Below, in pieces: positions 18,918 to 27,352 of a stretch of DNA of 64,000 nucleotides. Source of the stretch: Candidatus Harrisonbacteria bacterium (GTDB taxonomy: Bacteria > Patescibacteriota > Minisyncoccia > UBA6257 > 02-FULL-45-10c); NCBI GenBank assembly GCA_016192685.1, contig JACPTS010000001.1, forward strand, positions 458,628-522,627. The letters are read 5' to 3'. The position numbers and the translations under genes are program-made. Positions within the stretch are counted from its first letter, which is position 1. Each line of letters begins with the position of its first letter. The notes beneath the pieces are model-generated. The model was not told the origin of the DNA. It saw only the letters and a list, made by a program, of their open reading frames with translations, and made no database searches.

Positions 18918-21113
18918 ATGGACAAAAAATCCGTAAAAGAAAGAATTGAAAAATTAAAAAAAGAAATAGAGAAATACCGGTATGCCTATCATGTTTTGGA
19001 TAAATCGCTGATTTCCGACGCGGCTTTGGATTCTTTAAAAAAAGAGCTTTTTGACCTGGAACAGCAATATCCGGAATTTATTGCGCCGGATTCGCCGACC
19101 CAAAGAATCGGAGGCCAGCCGCTGAAAGAATTTCAAAAAGTCCGGCACGGCCAGCCGATGCTTTCTTTTAACGACGCTTTTTCCAGAGAAGACATGCAAG
19201 ATTGGCTGGAGAGGCTGGAGAAGTACCTCGGAAGAACAATTACTAAGCGAGGCGATGCCTCTTCTCCGAAACCCCCGCAGCCGCGAGGCATGGTGTCGCC
19301 GCAGGCGACCGAGCGGCGAGGACTTAGCGAGTCACGCGCTGGCGGGACGAAGCGGGTTGAGGAAAGAGGTTCGCCGAGCGCCCCTTTCTATTGCGAGTTG
19401 AAGATTGACGGCCTCGCGATTGAACTGGAATATGAAAACGGCGTTTTGATTAGGGGCTCCACGCGCGGCGATGGATTGATAGGCGAGGATGTTACGCAAA
19501 ATCTAAAAACTATTGATGCTATTCCATTAAAATTAAATGTTCCAAGTTCCAAGTTTCAAGTTCCAAGAAAGCTGATTGTAAGGGGCGAAGTTTTTTTGAC
19601 TAAAAAAGAATTTGACCGGCTCAATAAGGAGCAATTAAAAAAAGGGGGAAAAATTTACGCGAATCCCAGGAATGTTGCCGCCGGCTCTATCCGTCAATTA
19701 AACCCGAAAATTACTTCCGGCAGGAAATTAGATTCTTTTCAGTATGATATTGCTTCGCCCTTCGAAGCTTTAGCGAAGGAGGGTATTCATTTTAAATTTC
19801 ACGAACAAGAGCATGAGATTTTAAAAGAAATCGGGTTTAAGATTAATCCCCAGAATGCCCCCGCGGCAACTTTAGACGAGGTTTTTAAATTTCATGAATA
19901 TTGGGCCAAGCATCGGGAGCAATTGCCTTATGAAATTGACGGGATTGTGGTAATCGTAAACAACAATAAAGAATTTGATGATGGAGGAGTGATTGGAAAA
20001 GCGCCGCGGGCGGCCATCGCTTTTAAATTTTCCGCGAAAGAAGCGACTACCATTATTAAAGATATTAAGGTCCAGATTGGAAGAACTGGCGTCCTTACCC
20101 CGGTTGCGGTTTTAAAGCCGGTGCCGGTTAGCGGAGTGACAATCAGCCACGCCACGCTTCATAATGCCGACGAAATTAAGCGGCTGGATGTCCGGGTTGG
20201 GGATACGGTGATTGTCAGCCGGGCCGGAGATGTGATTCCAAAAATCACCAAAGTTTTAAAAGAGCTTCGTCCGCGGGGGGCAAAAGAATTTGAGATGCCG
20301 AAGAAATGTCCGGTGGATAATTCGCCGGTGGTACGGGACGGAGTTGCTTATAAATGCGGCAATAAAAATTGCGGAGCGAGGAATCGGGAACAGCTTTATC
20401 ATTTTGTTTCCCGAAATGCTTTTAATCTGGAAGGCCTTGGCCCCAAAATTATTGACCGATTTTTGGATGAAGGCCTGATTTCCGATGCCGCGGATATTTT
20501 TACTTTAGAGGAAGGGGATATCGCGGTTTTAGAGCGGTTCGGGGAAAAATCAGCAAAAAATATCGTGGCAGAAGTTAAGATTAAGAAAAAAATCAGTTTA
20601 GCGCGGTTTATTTATAGTTTGGGAATTTTGCATGTTGGCGAAGAAACCTCCGGATTATTGGGAAAGGCGCTTTTGAAAATTAATCCGAAAATTGATTCGC
20701 CCAAAGAAGTTTTGGCCGCGGGCTTAAAACTTACTGAAGAAAAATTGTTTGAAATGCCGGATATCGGCCCGGCAGTTTCCAAAAGCATTTTAGAATACTT
20801 TAAAGATGCTCGCCACCAAAATTTGCTGAAAAAATTTGATGAAGTAGGTATAGAAATAGAAAGTTCAAAATTAGAAGTTAAAAGTCAGAAGTTAACTGGT
20901 TTAAGTTTTGTTTTAACCGGCGGGTTGGAATCTATGAGCCGGGAAGCGGCCAAAGAAAAAATCCGCGCTCTTGGCGGCGATGTCAATGAATCGGTTTCTA
21001 AAAATACTTCGTATGTGGTGGCGGGAAGCGAACCCGGCTCAAAATTTGAGAAGGCAAAGAAACTGGGCGTAAAAGTCATAGACGAAAAAGAATTTTTGAA
21101 AATGTTGAGTTAA
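18918..21113 (+). CDS. ligA: NAD-dependent DNA ligase
   Basis: KxDG adenylation motif ELKIDGLA, Zn-finger Cys cluster, HhH and BRCT regions; carries extra in-frame insertions (see findings). Confidence 0.85.
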   Translation: MDKKSVKERIEKLKKEIEKYRYAYHVLDKSLISDAALDSLKKELFDLEQQYPEFIAPDSPTQRIGGQPLKEFQKVRHGQPMLSFNDAFSREDMQDWLERLEKYLGRTITKRGDASSPKPPQPRGMVSPQATERRGLSESRAGGTKRVEERGSPSAPFYCELKIDGLAIELEYENGVLIRGSTRGDGLIGEDVTQNLKTIDAIPLKLNVPSSKFQVPRKLIVRGEVFLTKKEFDRLNKEQLKKGGKIYANPRNVAAGSIRQLNPKITSGRKLDSFQYDIASPFEALAKEGIHFKFHEQEHEILKEIGFKINPQNAPAATLDEVFKFHEYWAKHREQLPYEIDGIVVIVNNNKEFDDGGVIGKAPRAAIAFKFSAKEATTIIKDIKVQIGRTGVLTPVAVLKPVPVSGVTISHATLHNADEIKRLDVRVGDTVIVSRAGDVIPKITKVLKELRPRGAKEFEMPKKCPVDNSPVVRDGVAYKCGNKNCGARNREQLYHFVSRNAFNLEGLGPKIIDRFLDEGLISDAADIFTLEEGDIAVLERFGEKSAKNIVAEVKIKKKISLARFIYSLGILHVGEETSGLLGKALLKINPKIDSPKEVLAAGLKLTEEKLFEMPDIGPAVSKSILEYFKDARHQNLLKKFDEVGIEIESSKLEVKSQKLTGLSFVLTGGLESMSREAAKEKIRALGGDVNESVSKNTSYVVAGSEPGSKFEKAKKLGVKVIDEKEFLKMLS
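19249..19384 (+). repeat. GC-rich palindromic element inserted in-frame in ligA
   Basis: ~135 nt of ~65% GC with internal inverted repeats (ggcgatgcctc...gaggcat), placed just before the KxDG motif; encodes a low-complexity peptide. Confidence 0.45.
19549..19577 (+). repeat. Tandem gttccaag repeats coding VPSSKFQVPRK within ligA
   Basis: gttccaagttccaagtttcaagttccaag. Confidence 0.5.
20861..20907 (+). repeat. AAGTT-periodic insertion in ligA coding ESSKLEVKSQKL
   Basis: aagttcaaaattagaagttaaaagtcagaagttaactggtttaagtt. Confidence 0.45.
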
Positions 21114-21125
21114 GATTATAATTTA

Positions 21126-21413
21126 TTGTATATGCTTACTAAAAAGGATTTAGAACATTTGGCAGAATTGGCGAGGATTGATTTAAAAGCAGGGGAGGAG
21201 GGAAAATTATTGAAAGACCTCGGGGCGATTCTGGATTATTTTAAAGAATTACAGAGTGTGAATACCGATGGCGTAGCGCCGATGACCGGGGGAACGGAGT
21301 TTAAAAATGTATTAAGAGAAGATGCAGCTGGTGGGACTGATGATACTGGAAAGGGATCAGACGCTTTTCCGGATAAACAGGGTAGTTATTTACGAGTTCC
21401 TCCGGTTTTTTGA
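21126..21413 (+). CDS. gatC: Asp/Glu-tRNA(Asn/Gln) amidotransferase subunit C
   Basis: 95 aa, GatC-like sequence, immediately upstream of gatA. Confidence 0.7.
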   Translation: MYMLTKKDLEHLAELARIDLKAGEEGKLLKDLGAILDYFKELQSVNTDGVAPMTGGTEFKNVLREDAAGGTDDTGKGSDAFPDKQGSYLRVPPVF

Positions 21414-22846
21414 TTATGCATTCATTACATTCTTTAACTATAAAGAAATTCCATGATGGGCTATTAAAGAAAGAATTTTCCGCATTAGAAATGGCGCAGA
21501 ATTTTTTTGATTGGATTGAAAAGAAAGACGGCGAAATTATGGCTTATTTGAGTTTGAATAAAGATTTGGCAATGCGGCAGGCAGAGGAGGCGGACATTAA
21601 AATAGCCAAGGGCGAATCGCTTAGCGCCTTGACTGGAGTCCCGCTTGCTATTAAAGACAATATTTTAATTGAAGGATTGACGGCGACTGCCGCTTCCAAA
21701 ATTTTAAAAGATTATACGGCGAGTTATGACGCGACGGTGATTAAAAAACTAAAAACCGCCGGAGCGGTTTTCCTTGGGAAAACCAATTTGGATGAATTTG
21801 CCATGGGGTCTTCAACGGAAAATTCCGCTTTCCAGAAAACTAAAAATCCGCATGACCTTTCGCGCGTTCCCGGCGGTTCTTCCGGCGGTTCAGCGGCGGC
21901 AGTAGCGGCAAATATGGCAGTGGCAGCTCTTGGTTCGGATACCGGCGGTTCTATCCGCCAGCCAGCGGCTTTTTGCGGAGTGGTGGGATTAAAACCTACT
22001 TACGGAGCGGTTTCCCGTTTTGGCTTGATTGCGATGGCTTCCAGTTTAGACCAGATCGGCCCGTTTACGAAAACCGTTGAAGATTCAGCTATTTTATTTA
22101 AAGAAATTTTGGGACAAGATGGTTTAGATGCCACTTCAGCTGAGGTTTCGTATGGCAATGAGCTTTTAAATCCCAAATTGGAGGATATCAAAAAATTAAA
22201 AGTCGGCATTCCGGAAGAATATTTCGTGGAAGGATTGGATAAAGAAGTGACAGAAAAAGTTCAGGAAGCGATTAAAACGATTGAAAGTTTGGGTTTAAAA
22301 ACCAAGAAAATCAGCTTGCCACATACCAAATACGCGCTATCCTGTTATTACATTATTATGCCGGCAGAGGTTAGCTCCAATTTGGAGCGGTTTGACGGCA
22401 TTAGATATGGCACGCGCCAGAAAGCGGATAATTTGTTAGAATTGTATAAGAAAGACAGAGAAATGGGATTCGGCTCGGAAGCTAAGCGAAGGATTCTTCT
22501 TGGAACTTTTGTTTTATCTTCCGGATATTATGACGCGTATTACGCAAAAGCTCAGAAAGTCCGCCAATTGATTAAAAAAGATTTTGAAGAGGCATTTAAG
22601 GAGGTGGATGTAATTCTTACGCCGGTTACGCCAACGCCAGCTTTTAAAATCGGTGAGAAAATCAGCGACCCGCTTTCCATGTATCTTTCCGATGTTTTTA
22701 CTATTCCCGTTAATCTTGCCGGCTTGCCCGCAATTTCCATACCGGCAAAGTCGTCAGGCGGATTGCCGGTTGGTTTTCAATTAATCGGCAAGAAATGGCA
22801 TGAAGCGGATATTTTGGGAATCGGGCAATATTACGAACGTTTATAA
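21410..22846 (+). CDS. gatA: Glutamyl-tRNA(Gln) amidotransferase subunit A
   Basis: Amidase signature GGSSGGSAAAVA, Ser-cisSer-Lys family, 478 aa. Confidence 0.85.
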   Translation: MIMHSLHSLTIKKFHDGLLKKEFSALEMAQNFFDWIEKKDGEIMAYLSLNKDLAMRQAEEADIKIAKGESLSALTGVPLAIKDNILIEGLTATAASKILKDYTASYDATVIKKLKTAGAVFLGKTNLDEFAMGSSTENSAFQKTKNPHDLSRVPGGSSGGSAAAVAANMAVAALGSDTGGSIRQPAAFCGVVGLKPTYGAVSRFGLIAMASSLDQIGPFTKTVEDSAILFKEILGQDGLDATSAEVSYGNELLNPKLEDIKKLKVGIPEEYFVEGLDKEVTEKVQEAIKTIESLGLKTKKISLPHTKYALSCYYIIMPAEVSSNLERFDGIRYGTRQKADNLLELYKKDREMGFGSEAKRRILLGTFVLSSGYYDAYYAKAQKVRQLIKKDFEEAFKEVDVILTPVTPTPAFKIGEKISDPLSMYLSDVFTIPVNLAGLPAISIPAKSSGGLPVGFQLIGKKWHEADILGIGQYYERL

Positions 22847-22851
22847 ATTTT

Positions 22852-23496
22852 ATGGCGGGACCAAAAAAACCAGAAACCAAGAGTACGGCAACCGGTCTAG
22901 AATTATTAGTTTTTATTTTATTGCTTACCGCGATTATTCCGGTTATCGCCGGTTTTTTTGCTTTTACTTTTAACCCGCTGAAGTTTTTATCGGAAGTTCG
23001 GGCGTATTTTGCGCCGTTTTTTGAAAGATATTTATTTTGGCTGGAAGCATCGGCAGTTATTTTTTCGGCGCTTTTTTTGTGGGGAATTATTTATATTTTT
23101 ATCAAAACCAATTATTTAGAAATTAAACGGGAGCAATTTTTGGATATTTTAGGAAAACCCTATGTTTCCCGCCGCCGTTCTTTGAAGGGCTGGAAGCAAA
23201 TCCAAAGCCGCCTGCAGTCGCAAGAGCAGAACCAGTGGAAATTGGCGATTCTGGAAGCCGACCATATTTTAAATGAAATTCTGAAAATGTCCGGCTATCT
23301 TGGGGCGAAATTAGAAGATAAGCTGGAATTGATTACGCCTGCTCAGCTTTCTAATGTGGAAGAGGTGAAAAAAGTTCATCAAATCCGCCATAAAATCGCG
23401 AGCGACCCAGGTTTTCTAATTACCAACGAGGAAGCTCGGGAAATTATTGATATATATAAAAAGTCTTTTATTGAGTTGAATTTAATCCAAGATTAA
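22852..23496 (+). CDS. Hypothetical membrane protein
   Basis: Two TM segments near the N-terminus, no recognised motif. Confidence 0.4.
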   Translation: MAGPKKPETKSTATGLELLVFILLLTAIIPVIAGFFAFTFNPLKFLSEVRAYFAPFFERYLFWLEASAVIFSALFLWGIIYIFIKTNYLEIKREQFLDILGKPYVSRRRSLKGWKQIQSRLQSQEQNQWKLAILEADHILNEILKMSGYLGAKLEDKLELITPAQLSNVEEVKKVHQIRHKIASDPGFLITNEEAREIIDIYKKSFIELNLIQD

Positions 23497-23530
23497 GGTA
23501 TTTTTAAAATAGTTTTGCTTACTAGATATA

Positions 23531-23887
23531 TTGTTTAGGATGAAACTGAAAGCGGGGATTGAGGGGGAGTTTGAGAAGTGGCGATTAAAAATGTTGAATG
23601 CCCAAAGAATGGAAGTGCTAAGGGGATTTTCAGAAATCAGCGAGTTGCTGGAAGCTAATCGTCCCACAAAGGAAGCGGCAGAAATTTTAGCTAGAAGCAA
23701 ATTAAAAATAAGAATTAAATTGCAAGATCTGGGATATCTGGCGTTGGCGGTTTCCCTATTTCATGAAAAAGGCAGAAATTTTCGGTTTCATTGGAATCAA
23801 TTTTGGCAAGGGGAAGATTGGGCTTTGGATATGGAAGTTTCTGGGCGGGAAAGAGTTTTTAGTCCTTATGCCTCAGAAAAAGAATAA
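23531..23887 (+). CDS. Hypothetical protein
   Basis: ORF followed by the terminator aaccccgcttagcggggttt. Confidence 0.35.
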   Translation: MFRMKLKAGIEGEFEKWRLKMLNAQRMEVLRGFSEISELLEANRPTKEAAEILARSKLKIRIKLQDLGYLALAVSLFHEKGRNFRFHWNQFWQGEDWALDMEVSGRERVFSPYASEKE

Positions 23888-23905
23888 CCCCGCTTAGCGG
23901 GGTTT
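23886..23905 (+). terminator. Intrinsic terminator
   Basis: ccccgc ttag gcgggg followed by ttt. Confidence 0.5.
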
Positions 23906-23937
23906 ATGTTTGGTTAGAAAAATGATAAAATTTAAGG

Positions 23938-24612
23938 GTGCCAATATTTAGAACCAAAAACGAAAATTTTTTTAAGAAATGGTCACCAGAAATGGCTTAT
24001 GTTTTAGGATTTTTCGTCGCGGACGGGAATTTAACGCTTGGAAAACGAGGAAATCATTATATTGAATTTACTTCTTGTGATAAAGAAATTTTGGAGAGAA
24101 TAAGGAAAAGTCTTGATAGTAATCATAAAATTAGCGCGCGTAAACTCCAGAAAGAAAATCACAAAATTTGTTACAGGATTCAAGTTGGTAGCAAAATTAT
24201 ATTTGAAGATTTAGTTAATTTTGGCTTCAAACCGAATAAAAGCAAAAGATTGGCTTATCCCAAAGTGCCCTCCGCGTATTTTCATCATTTTGTACGCGGC
24301 TATTTTGATGGCGATGGCCACGTGACAGAAGGATTTTATAAAAGCCGGGATAGAAAAAAGCCAAAACATTTACTTTTTGCCGGTTTTACTTCAGGAACCA
24401 AAAGTTTCTTAGAAAAATTGAAGTATAATTTAACAAAAGTTCGTATAGTTAATGGCGGCACACTATATTATTCAAAGGGCTACAGATTAAATTTTTCAAT
24501 TAGCGATAGTTTAAATCTTTATAAATTTCTTTACAAAAGCCTAGATAATCAATTATACTTAGCAAGGAAGAAAAAAGTATTTGAAAAGTATTTAAATGCG
24601 GTAGTAGCTTAG
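23938..24612 (+). CDS. LAGLIDADG homing endonuclease (double-motif), free-standing
   Basis: Two LAGLIDADG motifs, LGFFVADGNL and VRGYFDGDGHV; last 15 nt overlap the 5' exon of tRNA-Asp. Confidence 0.75.
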   Translation: MPIFRTKNENFFKKWSPEMAYVLGFFVADGNLTLGKRGNHYIEFTSCDKEILERIRKSLDSNHKISARKLQKENHKICYRIQVGSKIIFEDLVNFGFKPNKSKRLAYPKVPSAYFHHFVRGYFDGDGHVTEGFYKSRDRKKPKHLLFAGFTSGTKSFLEKLKYNLTKVRIVNGGTLYYSKGYRLNFSISDSLNLYKFLYKSLDNQLYLARKKKVFEKYLNAVVA

Positions 24613-24886
24613 TGGCCTAAAGCGCCTCCCTGTAGGTAACTGCAGCTCCTAATGGAAACTTTGGGATGAACATTCTGGGATAACGGTGAAGCCTTAAATA
24701 AAATTTATTTATGGTAATACCGTGGGAACCGAGCACATAAATCTTTATGTGCTCGGGCGCCGTAGAGACTAGATACCAGAGCGTCTAACCCTAATTTTAG
24801 GTAAGATGAAGATATAGTCCACGCCATTACGAAAGTAGTGGATTCGTGCACGGAGGAGACCGTGGGTTCAAATCCCATCTACCGCG
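24598..24886 (+). tRNA. tRNA-Asp(GUC) interrupted by a ~215-nt group I intron (exons 24598-24633 and 24849-24886; intron 24634-24848)
   Basis: 5' exon gcggtag ta gctt agtggccta aagc g cctcc ctgt; 3' exon cac ggagg agacc gtggg ttcaaat cccat ctaccgc g. Acceptor and anticodon stems complement perfectly, anticodon loop is CUGUCAC, discriminator G73. Intron has a GTAGAGACTAGA core and an ...AGATATAGTCC P7 strand similar to the Azoarcus tRNA intron; candidate P1 is exon ctgt with intron gcag (24642-45); omega-G at 24848. Confidence 0.75.
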
Positions 24887-24888
24887 CA

Positions 24889-24927
24889 ATTATAAAAGCA
24901 GAGCTTGTGCTCTGCTTTTATAATTTT
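24889..24927 (+). terminator. Intrinsic terminator after tRNA-Asp
   Basis: aattataaaagcagagc ttgt gctctgcttttataatt followed by ttt. Confidence 0.6.
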
Positions 24928-25044
24928 GATTGGAAGGGATTTGAAGGGTATTCCAAAAACATAAACTGCTTTATGTTTTTGGAAACCCCGGCTTTGAAGG
25001 AGGAGCGAGCCTGTGCTTTGCACGTGCGAGCGACGGGTGAAAAG

Positions 25045-25063
25045 AAATCCCATCTACCGCGCA
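25045..25063 (+). repeat. 19-nt direct repeat of the tRNA-Asp 3' end (aaatcccatctaccgcgca) inside a degenerate T-arm-like fragment
   Basis: Exact copy of 24870-24888, 175 nt downstream; preceded by gggtgaaaagaaatccc, which resembles a decayed T-arm. Confidence 0.5.
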
Positions 25064-25130
25064 TTAGAAAATCTTAGCGAAGAATGAGCTTTAGATTTTC
25101 TTATGCCCCGCCATTGGCGGGGCTACTTAA

Positions 25131-25640
25131 TTAATTTTTCACTGGATTTGAAATAACAATAATCCTTTTTTTCCAGCCAGTTAGGAATTTTTTAAGAGAA
25201 ACTGACCTTCGGATATTCTTTTTGGCGTCGGGGTCGTGATAAAAAATTTTATTTTTTTCCATTCCTACCAGTACTATTAAGTGCCCGCCTCTTTTTGGAT
25301 TAAAGGCATTATAAATAGAGGCCAAGAGAGGATGTTTTTTTAGGTGAATTTTTAATTGAGGAACGGCAATGTTTAAATCAAGTTTCGCCCAATCAAAATT
25401 TTTACCTTTGGCGCCATATTTTTTGGCAAGTTCTACCAGGCTGCGATGTTTCCAGCCGATTCCCGGCAAATAAGCGTCAATTTTAAGCCCCAGTTTTAAT
25501 AAATCATCCGGCTTAGTTTTTCTGCCTGAATATTCCAAAAGCATCGCCAGGCTTACAATGCCGCAGCTTTTTTTGCGCCATTTTGGGTCTTTAATATGAA
25601 GGTGTTGGGAATAAGCTGGGACGAGATGCCGGACTTTCAT
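25131..25640 (-). CDS. Papain-like C39-family-like cysteine peptidase
   Basis: Cys motif KKSCGIVSLAML, downstream His GGHLIVLVG; 169 aa. Confidence 0.5.
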   Translation of the reverse strand: MKVRHLVPAYSQHLHIKDPKWRKKSCGIVSLAMLLEYSGRKTKPDDLLKLGLKIDAYLPGIGWKHRSLVELAKKYGAKGKNFDWAKLDLNIAVPQLKIHLKKHPLLASIYNAFNPKRGGHLIVLVGMEKNKIFYHDPDAKKNIRRSVSLKKFLTGWKKRIIVISNPVKN

Positions 25641-26089
25641 AAGATTCTTTTAAGCATAACCACTGGCCCTTTTTCTTTAATAATTTCGTGTAAATTGGTT
25701 TCTTCAACGCCTTTTTTAGATGAGCCGTGAATTACTTTGTTATTGCCAATATACATCGCTACATGGCCAATGTAGACTTCACATTCCGGAAAAAGTTCGT
25801 CATCATAATGGCCTTTGGTCCCGCGGAAAAACAGCAAATCCCCGATTTGTAAATCGGAGATTTGCTGTCCTGAGCTCGTCGAAGGATTTACATTAATTTC
25901 TTTTCCGGCTTGCGCCGCCTGAAGAATGGTGCTTCTTGGAATTTCAATGCCTAGGTGTTTATATACATATTGAGTAAAAGAAGAACAATCTAAAAATTGT
26001 GGAATTTCTTCCGGCTTGGCAGCGTATTTATAAGGAGTGCCAATCAGTGAGTGGGCGATGGTTAAAATTTTTTCTTGATTTTCATTCAT
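25637..26089 (-). CDS. NlpC/P60 family cell-wall hydrolase
   Basis: Catalytic Cys DCSSF, His GHVAMYIG, 150 aa; 4-nt overlap with the downstream peptidase gene. Confidence 0.6.
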   Translation of the reverse strand: MNENQEKILTIAHSLIGTPYKYAAKPEEIPQFLDCSSFTQYVYKHLGIEIPRSTILQAAQAGKEINVNPSTSSGQQISDLQIGDLLFFRGTKGHYDDELFPECEVYIGHVAMYIGNNKVIHGSSKKGVEETNLHEIIKEKGPVVMLKRIL

Positions 26090-26110
26090 ATTCTATATAT
26101 AATATAGCAT

Positions 26111-26431
26111 AGCGGGGTAGAGCAGTAGTTAGCTCGCCTGGCTCAATAACAATATATTTGGGCGTCTTAATAAGTAATTATTAAGAAGATTACTCGTCAA
26201 ATTCGGGGAAGTCTTAAGTTGCATTTTGCGGCCTGATAATCCCGAGCTAAAATTTAATACTTTAATTGTATTAAATAAATGTGTAGAGACTAGATGGCGA
26301 GGTCGCTTTTGGCGATAAGGTATAGTCCAGACCACAAACCGTAGCACATAAAATTTTATGTGCTCGGGCGATGAAAATCGTAGTAGGTAAGCATAACCAG
26401 GAGGCCGTTGGTGCAAATCCAACCCCCGCGA
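26111..26431 (+). tRNA. tRNA(CAU) (Met or Ile2) interrupted by a ~248-nt group I intron (exons 26111-26143 and 26392-26431)
   Basis: 5' exon agcgggg ta gagc agtagtta gctc g cctgg ct; 3' exon cataa ccagg aggcc gttgg tgcaaat ccaac ccccgcg a. Intron carries GTGTAGAGACTAGATGG and TATAGTCC core elements plus a GAGCACATAA-family hairpin in the P9 region; omega-G at 26391. Position 1:72 is an A:G mismatch. The splice site (33/34) is inferred and P1 is not cleanly identified. Confidence 0.6.
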
Positions 26432-26444
26432 CATGTTTTAAACA

Positions 26445-26476
26445 AAAAATACCTTGATATAAGGTATTTTTTGTTA
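26445..26476 (+). terminator. Intrinsic terminator after the intron-containing tRNA(CAU)
   Basis: aaaaaatacctt gatat aaggtatttttt. Confidence 0.6.
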
Positions 26477-26481
26477 GCATT

Positions 26482-26609
26482 GCGGGGGTTGGATAGGGAA
26501 GGGGTCGGGAAACGGGAGTTTCCCGTGTCGGAAGGCACCGAGCACATAAAATATTTTATGTGCTCGGGTCGGAAAACCGAGGGTTTCCGAGCATTCTAAT
26601 CCCCCGCGA
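26482..26609 (+). ncRNA. tRNA-like structured RNA of unknown function (~128 nt) containing a GAGCACATAA-family hairpin
   Basis: Ends pair like an acceptor stem (gcggggg ... cccccgc g); internal hairpins cgggagtttcccg, ccgagcacataaaatattttatgtgctcgg and ggaaaaccgagggtttcc; flanked by two intrinsic terminators; no canonical D or T loops. Confidence 0.3.
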
Positions 26610-26614
26610 CTAAT

Positions 26615-26645
26615 TTAAAAATACCCGTGTGGGTATTTTTAAATT
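26615..26645. terminator. Bidirectional intrinsic terminator
   Basis: aaaaataccc gtgt gggtattttt, between the tRNA-like RNA and a convergent GT2 gene. Confidence 0.55.
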
Positions 26646-27328
26646 TTGAATCTGTATTTTAAAATTGTCCAGATTCCAATCAAGCCATCTTTAAAGGAAA
26701 TTTTCTTCCCTTCTTTAAAAGTTCGCGGCTGGTAGCGGACCGGCACTTCTTTAATAAGGCCGCCGCGCTTTAAAATTTTACAGGTAACTTCTTCGCAGAA
26801 TTCAAAACCATTGCTTTTAAGATTAAGAGATTTAAGAAAATCGGTCCGGAAAAGTTTGTAGCCGGTATTAATGTCCGTAAGATGCGAGCCAAAAAATAAA
26901 TTGGTTATAAAAGTTAAAGACCGGCCGCCAAAATAATAATGAAAATAGCCTCTGCCGGCGTTGCCAAGATTGCGTGACCCATAAACCGCCGCGGTATTTT
27001 CATCCATCACGGTAAGCATCCTCGGCCAATCTGCCGGATCATATTCTAAATCCGCGTCTTGAATTATTGCGTAGTCCCCGGTGAGATGAGGTAGGGCGGT
27101 TTTAATTGCCGCGCCTTTGCCCAGATTTTTTTGGTGGCGCAAAACCAGATATTCCGAACTTAATTTTTCCAGAATCTCTGGGGTTTTATCCGTAGAGCCG
27201 TCATCAACGATAATAATTTGTTTTTGGATTGGGCTAAGATTAACGCTCGCCACCCTCCGCAATATTTCCGCAATGGTATTTTTTTCGTTATAAACCGGAA
27301 TAATTATGGAAAGAGTTTTTAGATTCAT
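26639..27328 (-). CDS. Family 2 glycosyltransferase (dolichol-phosphate mannosyltransferase-like)
   Basis: IIIPVYNE...DDGSTD...DADL motifs (DxD), 229 aa. Confidence 0.7.
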   Translation of the reverse strand: MNLKTLSIIIPVYNEKNTIAEILRRVASVNLSPIQKQIIIVDDGSTDKTPEILEKLSSEYLVLRHQKNLGKGAAIKTALPHLTGDYAIIQDADLEYDPADWPRMLTVMDENTAAVYGSRNLGNAGRGYFHYYFGGRSLTFITNLFFGSHLTDINTGYKLFRTDFLKSLNLKSNGFEFCEEVTCKILKRGGLIKEVPVRYQPRTFKEGKKISFKDGLIGIWTILKYRFKI

Positions 27329-27352
27329 AATAATAGTTTAGAATAAGTAAGT

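Noticed and set aside
23938-24612. Interpreting the LAGLIDADG ORF as intron-encoded within tRNA-Asp
   Set aside because: The tRNA 5' exon (24598-24633) lies at the ORF's 3' end and the intron begins after it. The ORF is therefore upstream of the intron and outside it; it is free-standing.
24598-24886. Initial reading of the intron-containing tRNA as tRNA-Ala(UGC) with the intron after position 33
   Set aside because: The acceptor stem has G3-C70 rather than the Ala G3-U70 identity pair. The alternative splice after position 35 gives the canonical Asp anticodon loop CUGUCAC and discriminator G73, so I reassigned it to Asp(GUC).
24838-25077. ORFs 24838..25077+ and 24868..25053-
   Set aside because: They cover the tRNA-Asp 3' exon, its terminator and the duplicated tRNA-end fragment, and have no coding signal.
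26129-26599. Four overlapping 60-100 aa ORFs on both strands (26129..26434-, 26271..26480-, 26356..26547-, 26408..26599+)
   Set aside because: They overlap the intron-containing tRNA(CAU), its terminator and the tRNA-like RNA. Structured-RNA evidence explains the region better.
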